Counted from the stretch's first letter, positions 31,578 to 42,730 are shown. The stretch is 64,000 bases of DNA from Paramoeba atlantica (GCA_977017575.1 CDRNVI010000019.1:372001-436000); one strand, 5' to 3'. Numbers and translations: made by a program. The notes: generated by a model from the sequence alone, not told the origin.

Positions 31578-31889
31578 CTAATTGAGTTCCGCGTCACCAG
31601 AATCGGTAATGGCCATGCAATTCGCACGAAAATATTTCCCGCACGTAGTACCCAAGTCGACGTTGTTGCCGACGAAACGGTGCACTGTGGTGTTAGAAAG
31701 CATTGCATAATACTCAAGCTCGGAACGTCGCCCTGGGGGACAATTTTCTGCGATGACCAGAAGCTTACATTTCCCATGTCGCATAGCTTTAATAGAACAT
31801 TTCAGTCCGAGGGAGTACTTGCCACTTTTGCACACAAGCTGCAAGCGTGAATTGATATTATCGCTCTGCTTTGATTTCTTCGAGACCAT
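31578..31889 (-). CDS. RPL30: 60S ribosomal protein L30 (eL30)
   Basis: NINSRLQLVCKSGKYSLG...ELEYYAMLS...GNNVDLGTTCGKYFR. Confidence 0.95.
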   Translation of the reverse strand: MVSKKSKQSDNINSRLQLVCKSGKYSLGLKCSIKAMRHGKCKLLVIAENCPPGRRSELEYYAMLSNTTVHRFVGNNVDLGTTCGKYFRANCMAITDSGDAELN

Positions 31890-32238
31890 TTTGAAAAATA
31901 AAATCGATATTCAAGAAGTCAACTATAGTAAAAATAGGTCAATGGTAATTGAGAGCTTATAATTAAGAGCTAATACATAGCATGTTCTGGAAGATACAGT
32001 TGTATTATATACAAGATAACGTTTTATGCAACACAAGGCACTAAACAAGCAAAGCACACACATCTTCAACTAAACGAAAGAGCAACTAATCAAACGCATT
32101 GGTCAACGCTTTTCGAAGCCTACAAAAAGGGTAAAATCACAACGTAAACAAATTCTAAAATAGCAAATCTTCGAAACAACACACATACAATGTACCATCT
32201 CAACAAACTTCATACTCGAGTTGTCTTTTCATAAAACT

Positions 32239-34215
32239 TTATTTTTTCTCTTCCGAAGAACCCTCTGACTCTGGTTTCGCTTCCTGTCCTTCAGTGGAGT
32301 TCGAAGACGTGGAACTGGAACCGGTGGTATTCTTGGCGGCAGCTTGCTGATACTCCGTACGCCCGCACTCCATCACAGCCTTTTGTAGTTTGTCCGTGGC
32401 CGCTTGAAGCTCATCCTTGCCCGAATTCGCATTGTCCATGCACGTGCGTAGTTCAGAGGCAAGTTTGCGCACGTTTTCCTTCTCTGCGTCACTAACATAT
32501 TTCCAGTCTCCTAGTTGACGTTCAGCTGTGTTGAGTTGTGTGTCCGCATTGTTCTTGCATTCAACTAGATCGCGCTTTTTGCGATCCGCTTCGGCGTGCA
32601 TTTCTGAATCCTTAATCATTTGTTGTACTTCGGAGCTAGAAAGGCCACCATTCGCCTGGATAGTGATGTTTTGCTCTCGTCCTGTAGCCTTATCCTTGGC
32701 AGTGACGTGGCAGATGCCGTTGGCATCAATGTCAAAGGTGACTTCGATTTGGGGTACGCCACGAGGTGCGGGAGGAATACCTACCAAGTCGAACTGCCCA
32801 AGGATTTGATTATCCGAGGCCATTTCACGCTCCCCTTGAAACACCTTGATACCCACCTGTGTTTGGTTGTCAGCGGCCGTACTGAACACTTGGCTTTTCT
32901 TAGTTGGGATAGTAGTGTTCTTGTTAATCATCCGAGTAAAGACGCCACCAAGAGTTTCAATTCCTAGTGAGAGAGGGGTCACGTCAAGCAATACCAAGCC
33001 TTTTACTTCACCGCGCATCACACCTCCCTGAATGGCTGCACCTACTGCAACAACCTCGTCGGGGTTGACACCTTTAAAGGGCTCTCGGCCAAAAAACTGC
33101 TTCACGACTTCAACTACCTTCGGCATTCGGGTCATCCCTCCCACCATGACGACCTCTTGTACACCTTTCGCATCAACACCCGCGTCCTTCAGACATACTT
33201 TTACGGGGCCGATGCTCCTCTGGACAAGGTGTTCAACAAGGCCTTCAAACTTGGCGCGCGTAAGATTCATTTGAATGTGCTGAGGACCTTCGCTGTTCGC
33301 GCTGATGAAGGGAAGATTGATTTCGGTTTGCGTCGCCGAAGACAGTTCACACTTGGCCTTCTCCGCTGCCTCTCGAACACGCTGCAGAGCCATCTTCTCT
33401 TTCGAAAGATCAATTCCTGTAGATTTTTTAAAGTCGTTCAGAATGTGATCTGTCAAAAGTGCGTCGAAGTCCTCTCCTCCCAGGAAAGTGTCTCCATTTG
33501 TCGCTTTCACTTCGAAGACGCCGCCGGCAATCTCAAGAATTGAAATATCAAATGTACCACCACCCAAGTCGTAGATAGCAACGATGCGATCCTTTTCCTT
33601 GTCCATACCATACGCAATAGCAGCGGCCGTCGGCTCATTGATGATGCGGGCAACATTTAACCCGGCAATCTGCCCTGCATCCGTAGTCGCAGTACGCTGT
33701 TGATCATTGAAATAGGCCGGGACAGTAACTATCGCGTGCTTTACTTTGCGGCCTAGATGACTTTCCGCAGTCTCTTTCATTTTTTGTAAGACAAACGCAC
33801 CAATTTGTGACGGAGAATACCGCTTGCCGTTAGCGTCCTCGACCCAGGCATCACCATTCGTGTGTCGTGCAATCTTGTACGAAACCATCTTCTTGTGCTT
33901 TTCAGTCATAGAATCCTCAAAGCGGCGTCCGATCAAACGCTTAACCGCGTAGAATGTGCTGGAAGGATTCGTCACCGCTTGGCGTTTCGCTGCGTGACCC
34001 ACAAGCTTTTCTTCGCCCTTAAAGGCAACAATGGAGGGCGTCGTCCGCATACCCTCGGCATTCTCCAAGACACGGGGCTTGCCTCCTTCCATCACTGCCA
34101 CACAGCTGTTGGTCGTGCCTAAATCAATACCTATGACGTCTCCGTCAAGCTTGGAAGTAGCGTACTGACGAATACCGGCTAAGGAAAGCGAACCAAGGGA
34201 GCGGCGGACAAGCAT
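32239..34215 (-). CDS. mtHSP70: Mitochondrial HSP70, copy 1
   Basis: Short presequence [26 protein letters not shown] and [16 protein letters not shown]; stop codon TAA. Confidence 0.97.
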   Translation of the reverse strand: MLVRRSLGSLSLAGIRQYATSKLDGDVIGIDLGTTNSCVAVMEGGKPRVLENAEGMRTTPSIVAFKGEEKLVGHAAKRQAVTNPSSTFYAVKRLIGRRFEDSMTEKHKKMVSYKIARHTNGDAWVEDANGKRYSPSQIGAFVLQKMKETAESHLGRKVKHAIVTVPAYFNDQQRTATTDAGQIAGLNVARIINEPTAAAIAYGMDKEKDRIVAIYDLGGGTFDISILEIAGGVFEVKATNGDTFLGGEDFDALLTDHILNDFKKSTGIDLSKEKMALQRVREAAEKAKCELSSATQTEINLPFISANSEGPQHIQMNLTRAKFEGLVEHLVQRSIGPVKVCLKDAGVDAKGVQEVVMVGGMTRMPKVVEVVKQFFGREPFKGVNPDEVVAVGAAIQGGVMRGEVKGLVLLDVTPLSLGIETLGGVFTRMINKNTTIPTKKSQVFSTAADNQTQVGIKVFQGEREMASDNQILGQFDLVGIPPAPRGVPQIEVTFDIDANGICHVTAKDKATGREQNITIQANGGLSSSEVQQMIKDSEMHAEADRKKRDLVECKNNADTQLNTAERQLGDWKYVSDAEKENVRKLASELRTCMDNANSGKDELQAATDKLQKAVMECGRTEYQQAAAKNTTGSSSTSSNSTEGQEAKPESEGSSEEKK

Positions 34216-34478
34216 CGTTATAGAATCAGAAAAGTTAAGTAAAATTGAGCTGAAAACTTAAAAAGTATATGAGAAGTCATTTAGCGCATTAGGTTAAAAT
34301 CATGAGATCGATGGCTACGAGAAAAGAACGTGTACAAAATTTTAAGATGTTTTTACATCTGTGATGCGATCCGCATATGGTTCTGTTAGAATGAAGCATT
34401 TTAGTAAGTGATCATTCCAGATGGGAACTATGGCGCACGAACTAGGTGTTGGACTTTCACTTTTATCGTGAACTTCGC
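32240..34478. repeat. Left copy of a 2239-bp direct repeat
   Basis: Matches 57884-60122 at a constant offset of 25644 at both ends; I spotted only three substitutions. Confidence 0.95.
34342..34478 (-). pseudogene. 3' fragment of the REV7-like HORMA gene
   Basis: EVHDKSESPTPSSCAIVPIWNDHLLKCFILTEPYADRITDVKTS* is identical to the C-terminus of 59986-61026. Confidence 0.9.
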
Positions 34479-35595
34479 AAACTTCGTAAACTTCGAAGGT
34501 ATCGACCAAAAATTTGTGGTCGATACCAATAAATACAATACTTTTTGTCGATTTCCACGAGTTGCCACTGGCCTCCAAAAAGTTGGACATTATCATATCG
34601 GATCTGTGTAAACGTATAGTGAAGCATAAAAATAGAAGAGAAATCGCTCAGCTTCCCTCGAGATGATCAAGTGGCCGCGTATATCAGAACTCATTATGCT
34701 AATTTCCTGAAAATTCGAAAAAAACAACTAAAATTCAGGCGAAAACTCAACAAAATGGTCGATACTAATAAATACAATACTTTTTGTGTCGGCCATTTTT
34801 GTGAACAATACTTTTTGGCGGGGGTATAATTCTGTCACAGGGCTACGCTCACAATTGGGCCTTGCTCGCAAACGGGGGCTTTTGCCTCTAAAAGTGGGAT
34901 TCGCTCACGGTTGGGCCTTGCCTCTGGACAATCCTGCGGAAACGGTGGACATGGCACCAGCACATTTATAATGCATATAACAATAGTGAATTTCGTGGAC
35001 ACCTCAACATAATTTTTTTTGCAGCATTCATCGGTTTATGTCGCAGACGAGTAAACAAGGTCTGGGTTTATTGGCCCGGCCGGCCCTTCCGTGCGTTCGG
35101 CCTCTCATTTCCCCCAAAACAACTGCCACCTTCCCACCATTTATCAGGGGTCGCTCACGCGACCCCCGCTAAATAGGGGGGGAAGGTGGTAGTTGTGGGG
35201 TATGGAGGCCTCTCGCAACTCCGGGGCCTCACCGGGAGCAAAGGTGAAATTCATTTGCGTCCCTGACTAAATGCATTTTTCGGTTACGTCGCCTGTTGGA
35301 AGGTATTTTGTGCAATATGCTAGCAAACGGGGGCTTTCACCTCCAGAAGTGGGCTACGCTCACAATTGGACCTAGATGTATTTATGTAAATATAGCCCTA
35401 TGAAAGATTTTATCTAATTATAATCTAAATTTCCGACATCCCTATGGGGGAACATGGTTGGGACCTCTTCGTGGTCTTCCCCGGCACTGCTATCTTTCAG
35501 ATGGTACTGAAGCCGACCTTTTTTATTAGTGGCATTTTATCTGTCCATAGGCATTTTATATGTCCAGGGGCATTTGACGTGTAAAGTGGCCCGTA

Positions 35596-36566
35596 CTAAC
35601 AATTGAGATAGGGCGATGCCTCTATACTTTCCCTTCGTAGCGCTTGCTCTGCCCCCTGAAAAAACTTTCTTTTGCCCCCTGCCCGTGAAAAACATTTCTT
35701 GAATTTAAAAGCCGAGGATGATTCATAGGGGTCAAATGCCGTCTTGCATACGTTGTTTAGCACATGACCAATACAGGACAAGAGAGAAACACGATACTTT
35801 CGATTTACGCCGCGCTCTAAATTAGCTAAATCCTCTTCGCCTACCGGGTCGATCCGATCGTAGACAGTCTTCAAGAATCCTTCACAATTTAAACGCGCAA
35901 CATGACTGACAGTAGAGCCATCTACCATCAAGAACTTCAGTTTTAAGAGTCTCTCTTCCCCCAAAATTACTAGAGAGACAACTCAAAAGTTCTTTGGCCA
36001 TCATGTATCCATCATATGCTTTATGGCTTGTAGAATACAAAGGAGGTAAAACGAATTCATGACACTCCACGTACAAAACAGCGATCATTACATGCTCCGA
36101 TTTAACGCGATCGATTCCATTACATAAAATTGTTAATTTCTTTGCGTAGGAGTTGCCACAATTCTTCAGCAAGGCTCGCGTTGCGAAGGTGGAGATCGTT
36201 CAATATTTTTGGTCCTTCTTGTAGCAGTATACTGGAAGGTGCTGAGGGTCTCAACGCTTCCTACGTGCGGATGAACCATAGAAATCCGCTGCCAGGGAGA
36301 TTCGTCATCGAATGGAGAGAAGGCAGTACCTTGTTTGAAAAATGTTGAACAGCTTCGCTATCCACGCGTGCATCAGTTGGCATGTCTTGAGAAAGAGTTG
36401 CTCGCTCCACGCAAACGCGTCGATGCTCAAGATAGTGGTTACGATATTTCCCGTGCGATGACCATTTGCATCGCTTACATTCGTAATGCTGGTTATAAAG
36501 ATACAGTTTCTGTACCTTGTTGGTACATTTTGCTAGCCCTTCCTTTCTTTTCCCGGAAACGGGCAT
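35596..36566 (-). pseudogene. Degenerate hAT-like transposase (C2H2 finger, RNase H core to CxxH), frameshifted and truncated
   Basis: YECKRCKWSSH...HYLEHRRVC, LKFLMVDGSTVSHVAR and LLSCIGHVLNN; homologous to 52026-54263 and 63192-64000. Confidence 0.7.
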
Positions 36567-36657
36567 ACATTTTCCTTTTAAATGCCCGTTTCCGGCTGAC
36601 GGCTAGCAGGGACTGTCCCTCTTTGTCGTGGAAGTAGGGGACGTACTTCCGACTTTT
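36484..36657 (+). ncRNA. Spliced-leader RNA-like sequence (candidate gene or relic)
   Basis: GATACAGTTTCTGTAC-CTTGTTG|GTA resembles the kinetoplastid SL exon 3' half and 5' splice site, and stem-loops follow. It also lies antisense to the hAT-like ORF, so chance is not excluded. Confidence 0.35.
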
Positions 36658-36699
36658 CAACCCTCCCCGGCTCACTCCTTGAGTGAGTTTTCTTCCCTC

Positions 36700-37240
36700 C
36701 CCGGCTTTCTTCTTCTCGCGCCTGTCTCTTCCCGGGAGCTATGCGCCATGGTAGCCTCCCTTGAGGACCACCGGGCGTGACTCTGCCTTGCATTATCGCG
36801 AGGCAGCGGTCGGTTGCAGTGCGCCCCTCCGGCTGCGTAAAGAGGTGGTGAGTTGCCTGGACCACCTCTACCGACTGGAACCGAGTCGGTTGCAGTACGG
36901 CATTTAATCCACGGTACGCCCGCCAAGCATCTGTGTTTACGATCGTGCGGTAGCTGTCCACTGCGTGCTTTTTCACAAAATTTTGTAAAGTAGTCCTGTC
37001 CCTTTTTTCAACGCGCTTCCATATAGTACGGCCACAACTACCATCTCTTTCGATCCCAGTAATTGTAGCCATGTAAAAAGATCTTTTTCTCACTCGGCAT
37101 CCCCGATGATACTTCCGTGGAAAGAGATAGGTTTCATCAACTGCGCACCTAGAGAACTTGATTTCCTCGTTGCGTTTCAGTACGGCTTTATGAATAAGAA
37201 CATGTAGAATGAGGAAAAAAACGTTTTGTTGTATGCTTTA
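36700..37240 (-). pseudogene. Degenerate Merlin/IS1595-family transposase
   Basis: The in-frame extension upstream of the listed ORF gives CAVDETYLFPRKYHRGCRVRK...KRVEKRDRTTL...IVNTDAWRAYRGL. The C-terminal HTxxIE region is not recognisable and there is no in-frame ATG. Confidence 0.75.
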
Positions 37241-37409
37241 TGTGTTTTGAACGTGAGATTACTCGAATGCCAAAGGAATTACTTCAAAAGCTCACATGAT
37301 GCAAAATTTATACCCCCCGACTTTTTGATGACTCTCCTGCATATCCTATGTTTGAAGTGGGTCCGTGGGTCCGGGACCCGGGTCCGGACCCAAGGACCCA
37401 AAACAGGTA

Positions 37410-39693
37410 AACCGGGGGACGGAATAATATTAAGATGCGGTTTATTATTAAGTTGCGGTTTATTATTAAGTTGCGGTTTATTATTAAGTTAGACAAGTTA
37501 TTATTAAGCTAGACAGGTTATTATTAAGCTGGACAAGTTATTATTAAGTTGTCAAGTTATTACTAAGTTTGTGTTTTTCGATGGGAGGAGATTTTTTCGC
37601 CGAAAGTTTGACCCTTCATAGATTGGCTCAGGCAGAGTGTGACCCAACCTACGTTCAGGAAAACGATGAGATTATGTCCCTTGAGGATGATGAAGGGGTA
37701 GAAATGCTTGATGACTCGTCGGACGTAATTGGTAGCGGAAGCGATGGAGAAAGTGAAAGTGCTAGCGAGAGCGAAAGTGAAAGCAATTGTGAAAGCGAAT
37801 GTGAAAGTGTAAATTCAAGCAAAGAAGAAATAGGATATAATGTTGAAAGTGCGAGCGAAAGTAAAATTAAGAGTAATTCGACTTCGGATGATGAAGATAA
37901 CGGAGCGGAGCTGACTGTTGGAGGGAAAGACAAGAACGAGCGCAAAAAACAACATTGCGTAGTATATACGGGGCGTCCTATAGACCAGGGTGTGCGCGGT
38001 CGAGTGGAACCCACGGCTAGACAAAAGCGTGTATTATATGAGAAGTGGATTTCCTGGTCGCAACAAGATCGAGATGCTTATGGATCACTCCGCAAGTTAA
38101 ACTCTTGGATCGACAAGCGATTCCCTAAGAAACGTGTCCACATTTTTAACAAAAAGCAAGTTATGGCATACTCTAATATTCCTAGGCATAGTCAAAAGCG
38201 TAAAAGGCATGTAAAGGGGCATAAACTGAAATGGTTAAAACAACAATTGCATTATTTTATTCTTGGAGCTCGAGAGAACGATGCTTTGATAACAACCGAG
38301 ATGGTGCGCCAAGAGGCATTTCGCATGCTGAAAAAGGAAAACCGCAAATCACCAGAGCAGAACAAAGCACGGGGGATTACAAGAGTAAGCGAACGTTGGA
38401 CAGGGAGATTCCTCCACTCTTACAAATGGTCTATAAGATTAGTAAAGAGATCAACTCAGCTATCAAGTGAAGAGATAAAGAAAAGAATTCATTCCTTTCA
38501 TACGTTTGCCTATCGTTGTTTTAAAACAAAAAAGTTTCGTTCCGTTCTGAATTTTGATGAAATTCCAATATCATTTCGCGGGTCCATGAAATCTTTAAAA
38601 ACAATTGCACAGCGAGGAGAAGGTGTACGAGGGCGTTGCAATCCGAATGATATGAAGCGATGCGCAACGCTTATCTGCGGTGCTGGCGTGAAACTGGATA
38701 AAAATGGAAGTCCAACGAGTCATTTCTTTCTAAAACCTTTTATCGTGTGGAAAGGAGCTGGAAAAGGATCTAGTCACGAGATATTTGATGCAAGGACGGC
38801 TCGAGCTTTTACTCCGAAAGGTGTCGTGAACAAAGATTTTTTTCTCCAAGACTTTATTCCCTTTCTCAAACGTGAACTGGATATAAATGACGCAGGCCAC
38901 ACTTTAATTTATCTAGACTCCTGCCGATCTCACATAACAAGTGACGTTCTCGATGCGTTTTCCACTGTGGCTAACTGCTATTGTGCCATATTACCCCCTG
39001 CAACAACATCCTGGATCCAATGGATTGATGTATTTTATGCTTCTTCGTACAAACGCGAGCAAGTAAACATTTGGCACAGAGAACAACATATCCGTCGGAC
39101 CTCCCGCCAAAAAAGACAATGGATGCATAATGCCGTTGCCCGAGCGCACGAACAAGTTATAAACCTCGACAACGACTCTCTTGATGAATCAGGGACCCTT
39201 TCCTCTTCTATGAACGTTGTTCAACAATTCAAAAACTTGGGGTATATCGACCCTTGTGATGCATCGTGGTCGCATGTGAAATGTTTAGAAGGATATGTCT
39301 TTGTTCCACCAAGCGATGACGATGAGAGAGACGAAGCTAAGAGAATCGAAGATGCCTTTAAGCGTGGGAAAAGCGTCCAGGCACGAAAATCATTCCAAGG
39401 ACGGCTCGATAAATGGTGTAACCCACGACGCTCCACCGAATAAAGGTAAAGAAAAGAAAGATTTATGAAGTTTATGAAGTCGGGTAAAGATTCAGATAAA
39501 AAAAATATTGTTAAAGATTGCATACATAAAAAAACAATTTGTTAATTTTATTACAAACTTAATAATAACCCGCCGACAAGTTAATATTGAGTTTCAAAAC
39601 GTTGACCGGTTATTATTAAGTTTGACAGGTTATTATTAAGTTGTCAAGTTATTATTAAGTTTCAACAACTTAATATTATTACGTCCCCCGGTT
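37410..39693 (+). mobile_element. Complete pogo/Tigger-like DNA transposon (2284 bp)
   Basis: 25-bp TIRs AACCGGGGGACG(G/T)AATAATATTAAG, TA at both ends (37408-37409 and 39694-39695) and subterminal TTATTATTAAG arrays. Confidence 0.9.
37581..39443 (+). CDS. pogo-like transposase (CENP-B/Tc5 HTH plus DDE_1, DD36D)
   Basis: ITTEMVRQEA...SERWTGRFL, LNFDEIP, LKPFIVWKG, YLDSCRSH and LPPATTSWIQWID, with 36 residues between D2 and D3. The N-terminus is acidic with ES repeats. Confidence 0.85.
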   Translation: MGGDFFAESLTLHRLAQAECDPTYVQENDEIMSLEDDEGVEMLDDSSDVIGSGSDGESESASESESESNCESECESVNSSKEEIGYNVESASESKIKSNSTSDDEDNGAELTVGGKDKNERKKQHCVVYTGRPIDQGVRGRVEPTARQKRVLYEKWISWSQQDRDAYGSLRKLNSWIDKRFPKKRVHIFNKKQVMAYSNIPRHSQKRKRHVKGHKLKWLKQQLHYFILGARENDALITTEMVRQEAFRMLKKENRKSPEQNKARGITRVSERWTGRFLHSYKWSIRLVKRSTQLSSEEIKKRIHSFHTFAYRCFKTKKFRSVLNFDEIPISFRGSMKSLKTIAQRGEGVRGRCNPNDMKRCATLICGAGVKLDKNGSPTSHFFLKPFIVWKGAGKGSSHEIFDARTARAFTPKGVVNKDFFLQDFIPFLKRELDINDAGHTLIYLDSCRSHITSDVLDAFSTVANCYCAILPPATTSWIQWIDVFYASSYKREQVNIWHREQHIRRTSRQKRQWMHNAVARAHEQVINLDNDSLDESGTLSSSMNVVQQFKNLGYIDPCDASWSHVKCLEGYVFVPPSDDDERDEAKRIEDAFKRGKSVQARKSFQGRLDKWCNPRRSTE

Positions 39694-39974
39694 TATAATG
39701 TCTAATGTATATCTGTCTGCCCTCATAATGTACACATGTATCTCATAAGTGACAAGGGTCTCTCAATCCGACCACACGCACACGCACAAATTTTAAAATA
39801 TCTCTTTTGATGGATGCCAACGACCGCCTCGGCTGCAAAGCAATGTTCTACGGCAGCTTACCCTGCGCAATGAGCAAACATAATCGAAATTGATCATGAT
39901 GATGTTTTTGTTTGACGTGAAAAATGGACTAAAATCAGAAACAATATGCGTCATTGCGCACCACTGTAATACTA

Positions 39975-41500
39975 CAGTCCAGGTATTGGTTTCCCCCCAG
40001 GCTCCTGAGCACACCGTAAGAGCTTTTAACCTAATTCCTTCGGCATTCAACAGATCTCGAAATGGTCAAACAAATATTTTTGAAGGGGGCTAAAAAATGA
40101 AAAAGTGTATGAATTCCTATATATTAATACCCACAGTGGTCTCTTTGATTGATGCACTATTCGCAAGCGTTTAGGTACTGAATTTATACAATTTAAGACT
40201 TGGCGTCGATAAGGATGACGCTTAAGCATCATGAAGGCTTCCGGAGCTGTGTTTCAGTCTCTGGCTTCAAAATTTCTTTCACAATTCGGTCCATTAGTGA
40301 CCAAACATTCTCGGTCAGATTGAGGTCAGGAGAGAGTACTGGCCATTCCAATCGAGTAATCCCTTTTTCAAAAAGGACACGTTTTGTTTTGTTATGCGTG
40401 GCCTCACGGTTCATTTGCACAATCGCCACTTCTCTATTTAACTAAATATTCAAGAATACACCACTTTTTGAAAAACACTCAACGAGAATCGTTTCGCCCT
40501 TCACGGAACTTGCATCCCTAATTTTTTTACTTTGGAATTGGGATGAAAACAAATGCAAAAAACAGCCGTTTTCCACACTGATTCCCATCCATACCATGAA
40601 GCCTTTACCACCAAACCATCGGTTGTTTCTCCTCATTTTATTTTTGGTACATCCTTTCTTTCCGATAAAAAATCGAGAGTAAGTCTTTGAACCACATGTA
40701 ATTTGTTTTTTCGTCCGTCAAAATTATAGAATCTAATTTTTCTTTGGGAAAGGACAATAAATACTCTGCTAGACTTAAGCGGGCCTCTTTGTGATGTTGT
40801 TTTAACTCGCAGCTAGGTGCTTTTGTTTGTAGTACGTAATTTAATGAACGTAGAGTTTTCATTATTGTGCTTAGAGAACAATGTAAATCCTTTTTAATCA
40901 TTTCTCTATGTACCCAAGGAAAGGATGGGTAGCCATCGATTGTTTTGTTAGCATCGTCAACAATTTTGACGAATACTGCCCTGAATGGGTGGGGCTTGGG
41001 TGCTAGTGGACTTTTAGACTTCCACGTAGACAGAATTTCACGGACAGTCTTTTTATCCTTGCCAAAATTTTTAGCTAAAGTATGAATCGAATTTCCTTTT
41101 TATATTGGCGGACAATTTCAAGGCGCTCTGGGAGTGCACATCGCGACGTTTTATGGGTAATAAAACTATGGGTAATAGGGGATGCCTTGTTTTTCGGCGA
41201 GTTGGAGTATTGGTCTTTAGCAGATTTAATGGGGGTATCCCTCAAATTCATAGAATAAGAAACCATATTTGAATAAAAAAAAAGTCCTCAATTTCTGAAA
41301 GATTGGATTTTTTTTGGTAAAATTATGCTATTTTTCGTGTTTTTTCAAAATATTTTTGACCCAGGGGGGGAGGGGGGGTGATGGGCAAACAAACGGCGGG
41401 AAACGCTCCAATTTTTCGAGATCTGTTGAATGCCGAAGGAATTAGGTCAAAAGCTCTTACGGTGTGCTCAGGAGCTTGGGGGGGAAAACCAGTACGAGTG
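39975..41500 (-). mobile_element. Decayed Tc1-like element with about 100-bp imperfect TIRs and TA flanks
   Basis: Inverted repeats at 39975-40070 and 41410-41500. Frameshifted transposase pieces: HHKEARL...IILTDEK, GGKGFMVWMGIS and LEWPVLSPDLNLTENVW. Confidence 0.8.
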
Positions 41501-41965
41501 TATTGTTGCCAAATAGTCGTCCTTCGAATAAGCGGGGGGATCTCGGGGAGACGGCAAACAGACTCTTTGCAAATTTCAAAAACAATAATAACCATCAATA
41601 AATTTTATTGGCCCTTTTATTAAAACACCTTTTTTAAGAGGGTTCCAGTGGTCCAACGAATCGTCAAAATATTAGCAAAAATTGAGGCCTCCGGAGGGGT
41701 TTGGGGGAAATACGCGACTAATTAATCTTGCAAAACTATTTTTTGGCGAAACCCACAATGTGGTAGGTGAGGTGGCCGCGCGGATTTTCCATCTCCTTAC
41801 CCTGGCGTGAACTCCCCTTACATATATATATACTCCCCTTACATACGTATAACTCCCCTTACATACGTATATTGGCAAGCAACAGGAACATTCGAAATAC
41901 GGTGAAAGAAATGGTGAAAAAAATAGGTTTGTGCTGCGGCAAGATGACAAGATGACAACTACGTT

Positions 41966-42439
41966 CTACTGACTCCATGACGAAGTTACTTGCTTATATA
42001 CAATTTCGTTGTACGAATCCCGATGATTGATGTATCTCTGCGCCGCATTTTTAGACGCGGGGCTATCTGCATTGGGGTCCTGCAATAACGTTTGGATGGC
42101 TAAAAGCAAAGTCAGAATATCGTAAGTTGACGTCCACATTCTCTGTAGTAAATCAAGGCATATTTTTCCACTCGACTGGTAAATATTTGGGTGATATGGT
42201 ATGGGGTTTCCGATAAACTTAACCTTCGGTGGCTCTTGTGGATAACATACATTTCTAAAGTCAAGCTCCAAAGAAAATACCGCGTTTTCCCACACTCCAT
42301 TCTCCGGGCCAAGTATACGTGCATCCCACAGGAGTAGATTCTTTTCGTCTCTCGGCACAGCGTAAATTGCACTCGGACAGTGATCACAGGATTCCAGCGT
42401 GCGATAGTCCCGTATAAGCCGTCTATAGTTAGGCTTCAT
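41966..42439 (-). CDS. Ubiquitin-conjugating enzyme E2, Rad6/UBC2-like
   Basis: RRLIRDY...WDARILGPE...PPKVKF...YHPNIY..GKICLDLLQRMWTSTYD...DPNADSPA; the catalytic Cys is intact. ATG is at 42439. Confidence 0.9.
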   Translation of the reverse strand: MKPNYRRLIRDYRTLESCDHCPSAIYAVPRDEKNLLLWDARILGPENGVWENAVFSLELDFRNVCYPQEPPKVKFIGNPIPYHPNIYQSSGKICLDLLQRMWTSTYDILTLLLAIQTLLQDPNADSPASKNAAQRYINHRDSYNEIVYKQVTSSWSQ

Positions 42440-42485
42440 ACTCAAGTTTGTACAAAAGTATTACTGACCGAAAAACGGTGACGTG

Positions 42486-42730
42486 TGACAGATAACTAGG
42501 GGGGTACAGTATGTATTTTTGATTGAACAAAACTCTGATGTAAATACAGTAAGAAACAGCATTGTACTGCAAGTTATTTTAGTAAGTGGGCAAAAATTAT
42601 TTAACTGTACCCCCCCTAGTTATCTGCCGCTACTTTTCGAGAAAAGGTGACTGATAAGTAGGGGGGGGGAGGTAGGAGTGTGACAGATAACTAGGGGGGC
42701 TAAAGTGCGACAGATATCTAGGGGGTCCGT
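42486..42730. repeat. Cluster of GACAGATAACTAGGGGGG terminal-repeat motifs (two element ends back to back)
   Basis: ...GATAACTAGGGGGGTACAG|TA ends at 42509; the inverted CTGTACCCCCCCTAGTTATCTG starts near 42605; further copies run to 42724. Confidence 0.7.

Noticed and set aside
32528-34122. Plus-strand ORFs antisense to mtHSP70, repeated at 58172-59766
   Set aside because: These are shadow frames caused by HSP70 codon bias and show no independent motifs.
37420-37570. Regularly spaced TTATTATTAAG repeats resembling a CRISPR array
   Set aside because: The spacers are only 5-8 nt, there are no cas genes, and the repeats are mirrored at the other end of the pogo element, so they are subterminal repeats.
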